Shown: piece after piece, positions 9,400-18,240 of the stretch
How positions within the stretch are numbered: the stretch's first letter is position 1
How the letters are laid out: every line of letters begins with the position of its first letter
DNA from: a virus
Direction: 5' to 3' (one strand)
Length of the DNA: 64,000 bases
IMG/VR virus record: IMGVR_UViG_3300045988_076381
Position numbers and translations under genes: made by a program
Notes under the pieces: generated by a model
What the model saw: only the letters and a program-made list of their open reading frames with translations
What the model was told of the DNA's origin: nothing
Databases searched by the model: none

Positions 9400-10017
9400 T
9401 TATTTTTTAATTTTATACGATTGTATCTTTATCTTATCTTTAAAACAATCAGATGTTGCAGTAATTTTACTAATATAATGATTCCGGAATCCTATTGTAT
9501 TATATCCGAATTCTTTTCTTTTCCTAAAATTATACCAATATATAATATCTCTATAGTCTATTATAGTTATATTTATATCAAAATCTAAAGAATCTATAGT
9601 AAGATATAATTTCTCATTATTAATTTCTAGAGTTTCATGTAATGTAATACAATCAATAGATTTAATTATCGGAATACAAGTATCTTTTATTATTTCAATA
9701 TTATTTAATATAGTATCTCTAATTACTTTAGTTGTGTTTATATTAGCTTTAATTACATTGTCTAATTGTTTAATCTTTAAATCTTTTTTCTCTAATTCCG
9801 ATTTAAGTAAAGAATCCTTTGATAAAATTATTCTTTTAAATTGTTTCTCTGTTACGATATGTACTTGTTGAAGAGAATCTATTGTACATAATTCTGAGGT
9901 ATGAATATCTTTTAAATCTCTAATTTCTCTAGATTGTTTATCTACTAGTTTTATTAAATATATTAAGGATATGATAAAGATTCCTAATGTAATATATTTA
10001 ATTAGTATTGTTTTCAT
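9400..10017 (-). CDS. membrane-anchored protein (N-terminal TM helix)
   Basis: 205 aa. ITLGIFIISLIYLI hydrophobic N-terminus, then a coiled-coil-like region. Confidence 0.5.
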   Translation of the reverse strand: MKTILIKYITLGIFIISLIYLIKLVDKQSREIRDLKDIHTSELCTIDSLQQVHIVTEKQFKRIILSKDSLLKSELEKKDLKIKQLDNVIKANINTTKVIRDTILNNIEIIKDTCIPIIKSIDCITLHETLEINNEKLYLTIDSLDFDINITIIDYRDIIYWYNFRKRKEFGYNTIGFRNHYISKITATSDCFKDKIKIQSYKIKK

Positions 10018-10252
10018 TATTATTAGATTTATTTATATTCTTTCTCCATATAGATGTAATAGTGTCAGCCCCTAATAGAGTAGTACTACATATGAAGAGC
10101 ATATCTACTATTTCTGGGGATTCTATTACTTTTATTGTGCACCATATACATATAAATAAACAAACTATCCACCCAAAAAATCCACATACTCTCTTAGAAC
10201 TTAATCCTGAATGAGCTGTGAACATCTTAATAAAGAAATTATTACAGTTCAT
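9998..10252 (-). CDS. small two-TM membrane protein (holin-like)
   Basis: 84 aa with two hydrophobic helices (GFFGWIVCLFICIWCTI, MLFICSTTLLGA) and a charged C-terminus. Function inferred from topology only. Confidence 0.4.
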   Translation of the reverse strand: MNCNNFFIKMFTAHSGLSSKRVCGFFGWIVCLFICIWCTIKVIESPEIVDMLFICSTTLLGADTITSIWRKNINKSNNNENNTN

Positions 10253-10280
10253 TTTAGAATCTGATTATAATATTATATAC

Positions 10281-10655
10281 TTATTCACCTTTAAAACCAG
10301 GAAAATATTTTTTATAATTTTCTGTAAACCATTTAGCGAGATCTTTTTTCATTTTGATTTCTTCTCCAGTTTTCATGCTTTCTTGTATAGCCGCGTCTAA
10401 TGAATATGGAGGTCTTGTATAATCAATTAATTTTCCTGTTTTCTTATCTTTTTGTACAGATGGATAAACATATCCATGAATACCATCATCACTCCATCCC
10501 ATTTTATGTGTTGCAATTGATAAAGGATCCACCCAGTCTTGAATAAATTCTCTATTTGGATCCTTTAATCTATTGATAAAATCAATATTTTTTATATTTT
10601 TAATTGCAGTTATTAATTTAGATGTGTCTGTAATATGTGATAAATCAACTGGCAT
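10281..10655 (-). CDS. hypothetical protein
   Basis: 124-aa ORF. No motif recognised. Confidence 0.5.
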   Translation of the reverse strand: MPVDLSHITDTSKLITAIKNIKNIDFINRLKDPNREFIQDWVDPLSIATHKMGWSDDGIHGYVYPSVQKDKKTGKLIDYTRPPYSLDAAIQESMKTGEEIKMKKDLAKWFTENYKKYFPGFKGE

Positions 10656-10812
10656 TTTGTTTAATATTTAAATTTGTAGTATATTTAATTTAGACAGTAT
10701 AAGAGTTAATAATTCATTATTCTCTTTTACATAATCTAATATACATAATATTTGTTGGGATTGGGGACATTTATCACATCCTTTACATTCCCTTAAAGAA
10801 TCTTCCATATTA

Positions 10813-11586
10813 TTAAGCGTCTATTGTTAAATATTCTATAATCATTCTGGGATTATTGTAATCTATATTACCTTCTTGTATACCTCCGATTTGTAGTCCA
10901 ATAGAATCTAATGGGATAGCATTAACATTTCCAAAATCCCATAAAAGTGCTCTTATACTATTTGATTCATTGATATGATATAACTTATTATTTATATATT
11001 CTATTGCGAAAATATTAGCTTTTCCCATATCTCCTCCATATATTATAGGATGATTAATTGGATCAGCATTTCCATTAACGTCTTGTACTACTATTTTAAT
11101 TGTTGGGTTAGTAGTATCTGTACTTCTTAATATACTTAAATACTTTCTATCATTAGTATCTGATACTAAAAGAGTTAATAAACAATTATAAGAATTTTCA
11201 GAACTTCCAATAGCAGTAATAGTATATCTAAAAGAAACTCTCCAATTATTTTTTCGATTCTCGAATAGATTAGCTATTAATATAGATGAATAATCTTTCA
11301 TAAACATGGCTCCAGTGCTACTATGCGAAATTGCTCCTACTTTTCGAATAACTGAAGTAACAGAAGATGTAGTTGTATTAGATGCTCCATTATATAAAAA
11401 GATCCGAGATAATATTTTAATTATATCATCATCTGCTGGAAAATCATATAAACTATAACTACTAAGTGGAGTAGGATCGGCTCCAGAGAGAATAGCTCCA
11501 TCTTTATGTATAAAATTCATATTTGTACTACTAGGAGATCCTAATCTATTAGCAGCATCTTTAAAAGTTAAAAAATCCTTACTCAT
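10813..11586 (-). CDS. hypothetical tail-fibre-module protein
   Basis: 257-aa ORF, last gene of the fibre/RBD cassette. Confidence 0.5.
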   Translation of the reverse strand: MSKDFLTFKDAANRLGSPSSTNMNFIHKDGAILSGADPTPLSSYSLYDFPADDDIIKILSRIFLYNGASNTTTSSVTSVIRKVGAISHSSTGAMFMKDYSSILIANLFENRKNNWRVSFRYTITAIGSSENSYNCLLTLLVSDTNDRKYLSILRSTDTTNPTIKIVVQDVNGNADPINHPIIYGGDMGKANIFAIEYINNKLYHINESNSIRALLWDFGNVNAIPLDSIGLQIGGIQEGNIDYNNPRMIIEYLTIDA

Positions 11587-11590
11587 ATTT

Positions 11591-11905
11591 CTAAGTTTTA
11601 GTTCCGAATACTATCCAATCTATAGTTTTTGGATCTTTTCCTCCACTATACAATTCTATATATGTCTTTGTTACACCCATAACATTACAAGAATATCCAG
11701 CTTCATTATTTCCCCGAAATGAACATACAGCAGTTCTTGGTATATAATCTCCTTGTAACGATACTCTAGTTTCAGTATGTCCCTCACATAAAGTACTTCC
11801 TATCTCAAATACCAAAGGACCTAATGTCATGACTACATGACCTGGTCTAATTATATCATGTGTAGTCTCTAATATATTATCTAATTCCGTTATAAACTCC
11901 GCCAT
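11591..11905 (-). CDS. small receptor-binding-domain-like protein, paralog c
   Basis: MAEFITE... N-terminus, RGNNEAGY and GGKDPKTIDWIVFG motifs shared with 11943, 12224 and 12670. Resembles the C-terminal tip domain of tail fibres. Confidence 0.6.
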   Translation of the reverse strand: MAEFITELDNILETTHDIIRPGHVVMTLGPLVFEIGSTLCEGHTETRVSLQGDYIPRTAVCSFRGNNEAGYSCNVMGVTKTYIELYSGGKDPKTIDWIVFGTKT

Positions 11906-11942
11906 AATTGATTATTTACTGATAATCCTATTATTAAAAATG

Positions 11943-12221
11943 TTACAGTTTTATCATCTTTTCCCCCAGAGAAAATGTTACTCCTGTAGTATTTAAACTA
12001 GATATACTTATAGCATATCCTTGTTCATCATTATTTTTTAATGAAGCCATTCCGGTAATTATCCCACTAAATCCTTTTAATGGTACAGAAACAACATCAT
12101 ACCCAGGACAAGTAGTAGTTCCATAAGCGATTCGTAGTCCTTTATAATTTATATATGTAACAGGATCTACCATTTCCACGGAATAGTCCTCTAAATTATC
12201 TTCTGTTAAAAATTCAGCCAT
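11943..12221 (-). CDS. small receptor-binding-domain-like protein, paralog b (C-terminus displaced to -1 frame)
   Basis: MAEFLTE..., LKNNDEQGY. The annotated frame ends ...SLGEKMIKL*, but the family motif GGKDDKTVTFLIIG is encoded in the -1 frame from the G5A4 run (11963-11967) to the stop at 11890. Confidence 0.55.
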   Translation of the reverse strand: MAEFLTEDNLEDYSVEMVDPVTYINYKGLRIAYGTTTCPGYDVVSVPLKGFSGIITGMASLKNNDEQGYAISISSLNTTGVTFSLGEKMIKL

Positions 12222-12223
12222 AT

Positions 12224-12517
12224 TTAATCACTTTCTCCTATTATTAAATAATAAAATTCTTTAGGATCTTTCCCTCCGAGTATGAAAATAGCCGAGGTAT
12301 TAGTATAAGAGGATAAATTTACTGTATAACCTGCTTCATTATTATTTTTTAAACAACAGAATACTCCATATACTGATTTAAATCCGGAATAAGTAATTGT
12401 TATACCTCTACTAGTTATAGAAGAATATCCTCCAACCATTCTGAGTCCTAAACCTTCAATCCCTCCAGATCCAGTAGAATCTAAAGCTCTATCGTCTACA
12501 GTTAGATATTCTGCCAT
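12224..12517 (-). CDS. small receptor-binding-domain-like protein, paralog a
   Basis: MAEYLTV..., LKNNNEAGY, GGKDPKEFYYLIIG. Confidence 0.6.
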   Translation of the reverse strand: MAEYLTVDDRALDSTGSGGIEGLGLRMVGGYSSITSRGITITYSGFKSVYGVFCCLKNNNEAGYTVNLSSYTNTSAIFILGGKDPKEFYYLIIGESD

Positions 12518-12518
12518 A

Positions 12519-12659
12519 TTATATTATTTTAGCTCTTTGTTTTAATCGATGTACATCATCTTCTAAAGATTGGATTTTGTCTTTTATTATATTTAATTCT
12601 AAGGAATCTTTTTTAATAAAGATTCTATGTAAAAATGTTTTAATTTTATTTAGTAACAT
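12519..12659 (-). CDS. short coiled-coil ORF (46 aa)
   Basis: ATG at 12659, MLLNKIKTFLHRIF...LEDDVHRLKQRAKII. Its stop overlaps the ATG of 12517. Below the track's size cutoff. Confidence 0.3.
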   Translation of the reverse strand: MLLNKIKTFLHRIFIKKDSLELNIIKDKIQSLEDDVHRLKQRAKII

Positions 12660-12669
12660 ATTAATTTAA

Positions 12670-13008
12670 TTAATATCCTATAGCTAACCAAAAAAATTCA
12701 CTTCTGGTATTTACTGGAGGAGTTCCTACTAATTCTACTGTACATGAGGAATTTGTGAAGGATTTGATGGTTAAAACATCTCCTTTAGACCAATGACCAT
12801 AATAATTATTAGGAGTGAGTTGCACTACACAGCATTTAGTAGGAAATGTTTTTGGATACGATACTGTTGCAGTCATACTTCCAGTATTAAAGTTACTAAG
12901 TCCTGACTGAATTAATATCCCCCCCCCTTGTAAGATATCTGCTCTTGTAGGAGCTGCTTTAGAGAATAAGGTATTTAAATTATCTCTGGTTATAAATTCC
13001 TTTGCCAT
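12670..13008 (-). CDS. small receptor-binding-domain-like protein, paralog d (contains G9 tract)
   Basis: MAKEFITRDNL..., YPKTFPTKCCVV..., FFWLAIGY C-terminus typical of fibre tip domains. In-frame G9 (plus-strand C9 at 12919-12927) encodes GGG. Confidence 0.6.
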   Translation of the reverse strand: MAKEFITRDNLNTLFSKAAPTRADILQGGGILIQSGLSNFNTGSMTATVSYPKTFPTKCCVVQLTPNNYYGHWSKGDVLTIKSFTNSSCTVELVGTPPVNTRSEFFWLAIGY

Positions 13009-13038
13009 TTATTAATATTTTATTTAATTGTTATATAT

Positions 13039-13911
13039 TTATGTTAATTTTTTATATGTATTTCCACTTCTAATTAATTCTGTCCACCATATATCTCCTT
13101 TATAATTGATGAGTTCTGGAAGAATTCCTACAAGTCCAAACTCTTTTACCTCACTGTGGGCATAAATATCAAGTAAATAAGGATATGATTTTTGGTTAGG
13201 TATAGACATACTTATACATTTATTACTTCCATATATTAAACATCTCACAAAAAACCTTGTAATAACTTCTCTAGAAGGAATAGGATATGTTTGTTGCCAT
13301 GACGTGCGCCAATCCCAAGTATTACTAATTGTTATATAATTCTGACCATTCTCATCTATATACCATGTACTGTACCGACCTGTATCTTCTTTAGTAAGAA
13401 CTTGAGAATACATAGTAGGACTAACATCCTTTCCTTTAGTATAAGAACATGAATCGTTAGTCTCATTTACATATAATCTAGCTACACTCCTATACGTTTC
13501 TCCAACATCAAAATACGCATAATGATAATTATCAATTTTCTCTACATAAAAAAAAGATCTTGGGTATTTAAAATTACTACCAGTATAAGCAGCTATAGCA
13601 GTGAGAGTATTATTAGATGTATTTAATTTATATATTCTGAATTGCGTATCAGCATCTGGAGAAGATCCACTACAACAAAATAGATAATTACCTGATAAAG
13701 CCGAAGTAGCTATATTATACCAATATCCAGTAGAACCACCCAGAGATATAGGTGTAGTAACCATTGTACCATTAACCACAACTCCGAAAGTGATATGTTT
13801 AAAATCGGAAGCTGCATAAACAAACGGAATTCTTTCATCATCAGGATTTGCTACAACACCTATACGACAATAGACACTTCTGTAGAAAGAAAATCGTTTA
13901 AAACCTGCATA
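13039..13911 (-). CDS. fibre-module protein, frame open about 44 codons upstream of its first start codon
   Basis: Track ORF 13039..13779 uses a GTG. The same frame is open back to 13911 with no ATG/GTG/TTG and overlaps ORF 13860..14045 in the -1 frame. Confidence 0.55.
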   Translation of the reverse strand, partial: YAGFKRFSFYRSVYCRIGVVANPDDERIPFVYAASDFKHITFGVVVNGTMVTTPISLGGSTGYWYNIATSALSGNYLFCCSGSSPDADTQFRIYKLNTSNNTLTAIAAYTGSNFKYPRSFFYVEKIDNYHYAYFDVGETYRSVARLYVNETNDSCSYTKGKDVSPTMYSQVLTKEDTGRYSTWYIDENGQNYITISNTWDWRTSWQQTYPIPSREVITRFFVRCLIYGSNKCISMSIPNQKSYPYLLDIYAHSEVKEFGLVGILPELINYKGDIWWTELIRSGNTYKKLT

Positions 13912-14045
13912 TTATCAATAGACTTTTGTACTTTCGATAGAGGTATGAATTCCATAGAAGAATACGAAGTTAATAAATCCTCTCTTGCTCCTCCGGAGAT
14001 TGCCTGAATTTTAGCTACAAATTCAGACCCCCCCCCCACCTCCAT
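13860..14045 (-). CDS. 61-aa ORF, probable upstream (zero-frame) part of a -1 frameshift gene
   Basis: ATG GAG GTG G9 UCU... starts 33 nt after the fibre gene stop. Contains a G10 tract and an in-frame U_UUA_AAC. Confidence 0.45.
   Translation of the reverse strand: MEVGGGSEFVAKIQAISGGAREDLLTSYSSMEFIPLSKVQKSIDNMQVLNDFLSTEVSIVV
13896..13902 (-). other. candidate -1 programmed frameshift heptamer U_UUA_AAC
   Basis: Minus strand GUU UUA AAC = codons 48-50 of ORF 13860..14045. A -1 slip gives UUU AAA CGA, exactly the frame of 13039..13779. A possible hairpin (CUACA...UGUAG) lies 10 nt downstream. Confidence 0.5.
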
Positions 14046-14078
14046 TTATAGAAGATCCTAAAATATTATTTGTTTGTG

Positions 14079-16463
14079 CTATAGTAGCAAATTCTTCTGA
14101 CATAATTCTTTTAAATTACTTATTTCCTGTTCTAAATATTTTATTTTTTTCTCAAATTCTTTCTGAGATTTAATTCTTAAATTATATTCCTCTTTTAAAG
14201 CCTCTTGAAGAAGGATTGTATATCTTTCATATGAAAATGTTAAAATAGAATTATTTATTTCTTTTACAAGCTCTGGATAATATTTATTCCAGTATTGAGC
14301 TGAGGTTCCTATACATAAATCATTCTCGTCCATCCAATTATATTTAAATCCGGGAGAATTTAATACTAAAGATAATGTATTAGATAAATTCTCTATATTA
14401 TGCTTGTATCTAATATCAGATACAGAAGTTGTTCCAGCTCCATTTGTATGAACAGTATGTTTTGTGAAAGTGATTTCGTCAAGACTATTAATCTTAGCCA
14501 TTATTGTTTCAGGTGTTTCTCCGGAAGAATTCATTAATGTATCTACATCAACCCTTAAACTAAGAATATTCTGTTGTAATGGAACTAAATCAGATAGATA
14601 AGATATTTCATTATCTCCCCATGTAATCCTTCTATTAAAAGTGCTAGGTATATTAAACACGTTATTAGTCCCCTCTTTATTTGGAATCCATACTCGAAAA
14701 TCAGTATCCATACCTAGTATCGACCAGTTTATTTCTTTTGTAGAAGGTGCAGATAATTTAAGCATTCCGTTTATCTCACAATCTCCTTTTAATCTTATAT
14801 ATCTACAATACACTTTTTCAGAATAGACTCCGTATATATCAGAACCTAATAAAGTATCAAAATATATAGGATCTCTAATACCTTCTAAACACCCTAATCT
14901 TAATCTAGGAGATAAGGGTGTAACTTCATCATTTATACCTAAATAAGATTTATCTAAACATTCTCCAGTCTTAGGATTTGTTTCTCTAATACTATGTAAA
15001 TATAAAGAATCTTGAGTTTTTAAATATAAAATATCCCCAACTTCTGGAAGTTTTTCTAATTCTCTCTTTCTTTCCTCATCAGTAGTTTTATCTAAATACT
15101 CTTCTAAATCCTTATCTAAAACATTCCCATCGATAGTAGCAACTATATTACATCCAGAAATTGTAAAAGTACCCTCATCATAAATCCATTCTAATTTTTC
15201 AATCTTAATTCTTCCTTTAGATATTATTTTAGTAGTAGGAATTAAAGTACTTACATCAATCCCTTCCTCAGAATTTTCTGGGATTTCTACATTATATCCA
15301 TAAGAATGCTTCTCAAAATATAAATAATCTCCTATTTTTATATTATAAATCCCATTTATAGATATCTCATATTTAATAGGAATAACTTCTCCAGATTCTC
15401 CAGATTCTTCTTCATCAGGAACTATTTCAGATATACTAGATACAATTCCTTGTGGTTCAAAGAAATAATTAGTATTTAATCCTCTAGTAATAAAATCCTT
15501 CTCTTTAGATGAACTATCCCCAAACGGGCCTTTAGCAGAATTTCTCACTATTAAATTATCTACTTCTAAAGTCCACTCTGAATTTATATTCTCTAATCTA
15601 TATCCAGCCATTCCCTCTATGAAATTATCAGATATTATTCCAGAATTAAGAACAGCTTTATCTTTCACATATATATTTCCATCTACCTCAAAATTATAGT
15701 TATAAGTTGGGGGATATCCTATAGATATATATTTTCCATTTATATATGTGATACCTTCTTTAGAATTAAATTTAATTCCAGAAGTATTAGTATCTAAAAC
15801 TATTTCATTATTATTAACTACTATATTTAAATAATCTTGTTGATTTTTTACCTGCAACCCGTTTGGACCAATTACATTAAGATCTCCGGACCCATGGAGA
15901 TTATTTTCTAAATTAATAGTCACTTTATCTTTAACTATTCCTCCAGAGGATAGATTTAGATATAATTCTACTAAAGTTCCATTGTTATTATAGTAATGAA
16001 CTTTATCATCAGAATTAAAATAAACAAAATCAGTAGGTAAGATTGCAATATTATCTTGGTTATCTATAATAACTTTTAAATTCCTTTGAGCAGTTCTGAT
16101 TTGTTCTAGAGTAAGATTTTGATTATAATTGATAGCTAAATAATCCTCAGAAGTTTCTACGTCGTCTCTATTAGATAATATTGGATATAGCACTCCATTT
16201 ATTTGAAAATAAATTGAATCTTCTGATTTTACAAAATACCAACCATCAGCAGCTCCTATATCATTTTTATTCTGAACAATATTTATACTATTAGTATCAT
16301 CAGTAGTCTTACATACCTTTCCATTAGAAATAAGATCTAAAAAAGAATTTCCGAATCTAACTTTTATATTACCTTTTCCATTAAGAATAATATCAGTATC
16401 AGCAGATCCTACCATTAAATATGGCTTTCCTAGAATCTTTTCTACTTTAATAAGTTCTCCCAT
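14079..16463 (-). CDS. tail fibre/spike with C-terminal S74 intramolecular chaperone domain
   Basis: 794 aa. C-terminus TSVSDIRYKHNIENL...FKYNWMDEND...GTSAQYW...FSYERYT matches the autoproteolytic chaperone domain of endosialidase-type fibres and is followed by a coiled coil. Confidence 0.8.
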   Translation of the reverse strand: MGELIKVEKILGKPYLMVGSADTDIILNGKGNIKVRFGNSFLDLISNGKVCKTTDDTNSINIVQNKNDIGAADGWYFVKSEDSIYFQINGVLYPILSNRDDVETSEDYLAINYNQNLTLEQIRTAQRNLKVIIDNQDNIAILPTDFVYFNSDDKVHYYNNNGTLVELYLNLSSGGIVKDKVTINLENNLHGSGDLNVIGPNGLQVKNQQDYLNIVVNNNEIVLDTNTSGIKFNSKEGITYINGKYISIGYPPTYNYNFEVDGNIYVKDKAVLNSGIISDNFIEGMAGYRLENINSEWTLEVDNLIVRNSAKGPFGDSSSKEKDFITRGLNTNYFFEPQGIVSSISEIVPDEEESGESGEVIPIKYEISINGIYNIKIGDYLYFEKHSYGYNVEIPENSEEGIDVSTLIPTTKIISKGRIKIEKLEWIYDEGTFTISGCNIVATIDGNVLDKDLEEYLDKTTDEERKRELEKLPEVGDILYLKTQDSLYLHSIRETNPKTGECLDKSYLGINDEVTPLSPRLRLGCLEGIRDPIYFDTLLGSDIYGVYSEKVYCRYIRLKGDCEINGMLKLSAPSTKEINWSILGMDTDFRVWIPNKEGTNNVFNIPSTFNRRITWGDNEISYLSDLVPLQQNILSLRVDVDTLMNSSGETPETIMAKINSLDEITFTKHTVHTNGAGTTSVSDIRYKHNIENLSNTLSLVLNSPGFKYNWMDENDLCIGTSAQYWNKYYPELVKEINNSILTFSYERYTILLQEALKEEYNLRIKSQKEFEKKIKYLEQEISNLKELCQKNLLL

Positions 16464-16485
16464 AAAAGTACTTTGCTATATTTTA

Positions 16486-16493
16486 CAAATATA
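16486..16493 (-). promoter_or_regulatory. Bacteroidota-type -7 box TATATTTG
   Basis: Minus-strand TAnnTTTG about 22 nt upstream of ATG 16463, just after a terminator. Confidence 0.35.
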
Positions 16494-16531
16494 ATAATTC
16501 TAGGTAAAGAATCCAATAATTGGTATATAAT

Positions 16532-16560
16532 AAAAAAAAGAAGAGAATCCCTTCTCTTCT
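16532..16560 (-). terminator. rho-independent terminator
   Basis: Minus strand AGAAGAGAA-GGGA-UUCUCUUCU followed by U8, 15 nt after the stop of 16575..17270. Confidence 0.6.
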
Positions 16561-16574
16561 TTCATTTTAGATAG

Positions 16575-17270
16575 TTAATCTCTATCTTCCTTATGTTTAT
16601 GTTTTAAATGCTTCATATAATGATAGAAAGCTTTTCCCTCTGGAATAGCTTTATCACGTAACCATAAATATGTAAGCTTAGCACACATTTGAATATCGTC
16701 TTTACATAAATCCTTAAATAAATGATAACAGATATTTAATGCATAATGCCAATCATGTTCATTAAAATCCTCAAACTCAACTCCGAATTTTTTAGCGACT
16801 TGTTTTGATTCCTCATATTCAAATTCAGCTTCTTTTGCTTTATAATCTTCCATAATACATTCAAGAGCTTCTTCACATAAATCTTTTGTGAAATGAGGGC
16901 CATTAATCATTTCATAGAGTTTAAATTTAATTATATGATACATTTCAGGACATTCCTCTTTTAAAGATTCCATTGCATCAATAAATTTATCCTCTAAATC
17001 TTCAAATAATTCAGAATCATCATCTTCATCATCTTCGAATAATCTAGATCTTTTATGTTTATATTTATATTCTTCATCATCTTTCTTAAACTTCTTATTA
17101 GTTCCTACATATTCCTCATCACTTCCCTCATTCTCATCATCTTCTCTAAATCCTCTATATTTCTTAGATTCTTTAGCTTCGTATGGATAATGTTTCTTAT
17201 GGGATTTCTTTTTACTTCCCATCTCCGACATCTCCCGTAGTAATTTCTTCATTCCTTCGATTGATTCCAT
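16575..17270 (-). CDS. highly charged (Asp/Glu/Lys-rich) protein
   Basis: 231-aa ORF. N-terminal half is low-complexity and charged; C-terminal half looks globular. Confidence 0.55.
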   Translation of the reverse strand: MESIEGMKKLLREMSEMGSKKKSHKKHYPYEAKESKKYRGFREDDENEGSDEEYVGTNKKFKKDDEEYKYKHKRSRLFEDDEDDDSELFEDLEDKFIDAMESLKEECPEMYHIIKFKLYEMINGPHFTKDLCEEALECIMEDYKAKEAEFEYEESKQVAKKFGVEFEDFNEHDWHYALNICYHLFKDLCKDDIQMCAKLTYLWLRDKAIPEGKAFYHYMKHLKHKHKEDRD

Positions 17271-17772
17271 TGCTTATAATTTTAGTAAGTTCTTCAATTT
17301 TCTTTTCTAAAGCTAATATCCTATTATCATCAGAAGAAATTCGTCCAAGTGAAGGATTATCCCCTAATAATTCTTGTTCTACTTTTTCACATTCTTCTAC
17401 TATTTTATTATATCTATCTAAAGATTTAAGTTGATTAGTAGCGTCAGTTTTCCTTACTCTGATTTCCTGTAATACATCCTCTTTAGTGATACATACAGTA
17501 CGTGTATCAGCTCTAGCTATAGACATATCCCTAGTTACAGTAAATGGGAATTGAACACCATTAAATAATGCGGTAATAGTTAAACTCTGAACCGGTTGAT
17601 TAATTCCGGTCTTCTGCATAAGAGTTTGGTATACATTATTTAAATTCTCTTTAGGAGGTTCATTAACAATAACTGTTTGGACTAATCCTTTTATATAAGT
17701 TAAATCCTTTTTAAATTGATTATAATCAATTAAATATAAAACATCACCTGGTTTTAATTCTCCGAAATTCAT
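17212..17772 (-). CDS. hypothetical protein
   Basis: 186-aa ORF. Overlaps the next gene by 59 nt. Confidence 0.55.
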   Translation of the reverse strand: MNFGELKPGDVLYLIDYNQFKKDLTYIKGLVQTVIVNEPPKENLNNVYQTLMQKTGINQPVQSLTITALFNGVQFPFTVTRDMSIARADTRTVCITKEDVLQEIRVRKTDATNQLKSLDRYNKIVEECEKVEQELLGDNPSLGRISSDDNRILALEKKIEELTKIISNGINRRNEEITTGDVGDGK

Positions 17773-17801
17773 AAGATATTATTTTATTTAAATATTAAAC
17801 A

Positions 17802-18230
17802 TTACGCACCAGGAGTAGCTGCTACAGCAAACTCTAATGCTACATTTCTTGAAAATTTATTAAATGCTCCATCTGGACATCCACCGCAAGTATTAGTAAA
17901 CGTTTCAGCATCATTTAAAGTAGTTGTGGTAGTTATAGTAGGAAGAGTACCTACAGAAGGAGGAGTAGTTAATTCTAGAGGAATAGTTATAGTATACTTC
18001 TTCACAGTAGTTTTAAGAACTGAACAAGAAACAGGTCTATAAGTTATCGTGTGCACTAGCGAATAATTTAATAGAAACACATTAGAAGTACCTATTCTAG
18101 TTATAACAGGATCTTCGATAGTAATTGTACTGGAAAATCCTTCTCTACATATTAAAGATGGGAATCTTTCTACTATTTGGAGATAAGTAACTCCTTCATT
18201 AACGAATCCTTTATTATTTATTACACTCAT
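17802..18230 (-). CDS. hypothetical Thr/Pro-rich protein
   Basis: 142-aa ORF, GC-richer than its surroundings, TTPPSVGTLPTITTTTT tract. Confidence 0.55.
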   Translation of the reverse strand: MSVINNKGFVNEGVTYLQIVERFPSLICREGFSSTITIEDPVITRIGTSNVFLLNYSLVHTITYRPVSCSVLKTTVKKYTITIPLELTTPPSVGTLPTITTTTTLNDAETFTNTCGGCPDGAFNKFSRNVALEFAVAATPGA

Positions 18231-18240
18231 AACAGTATTG

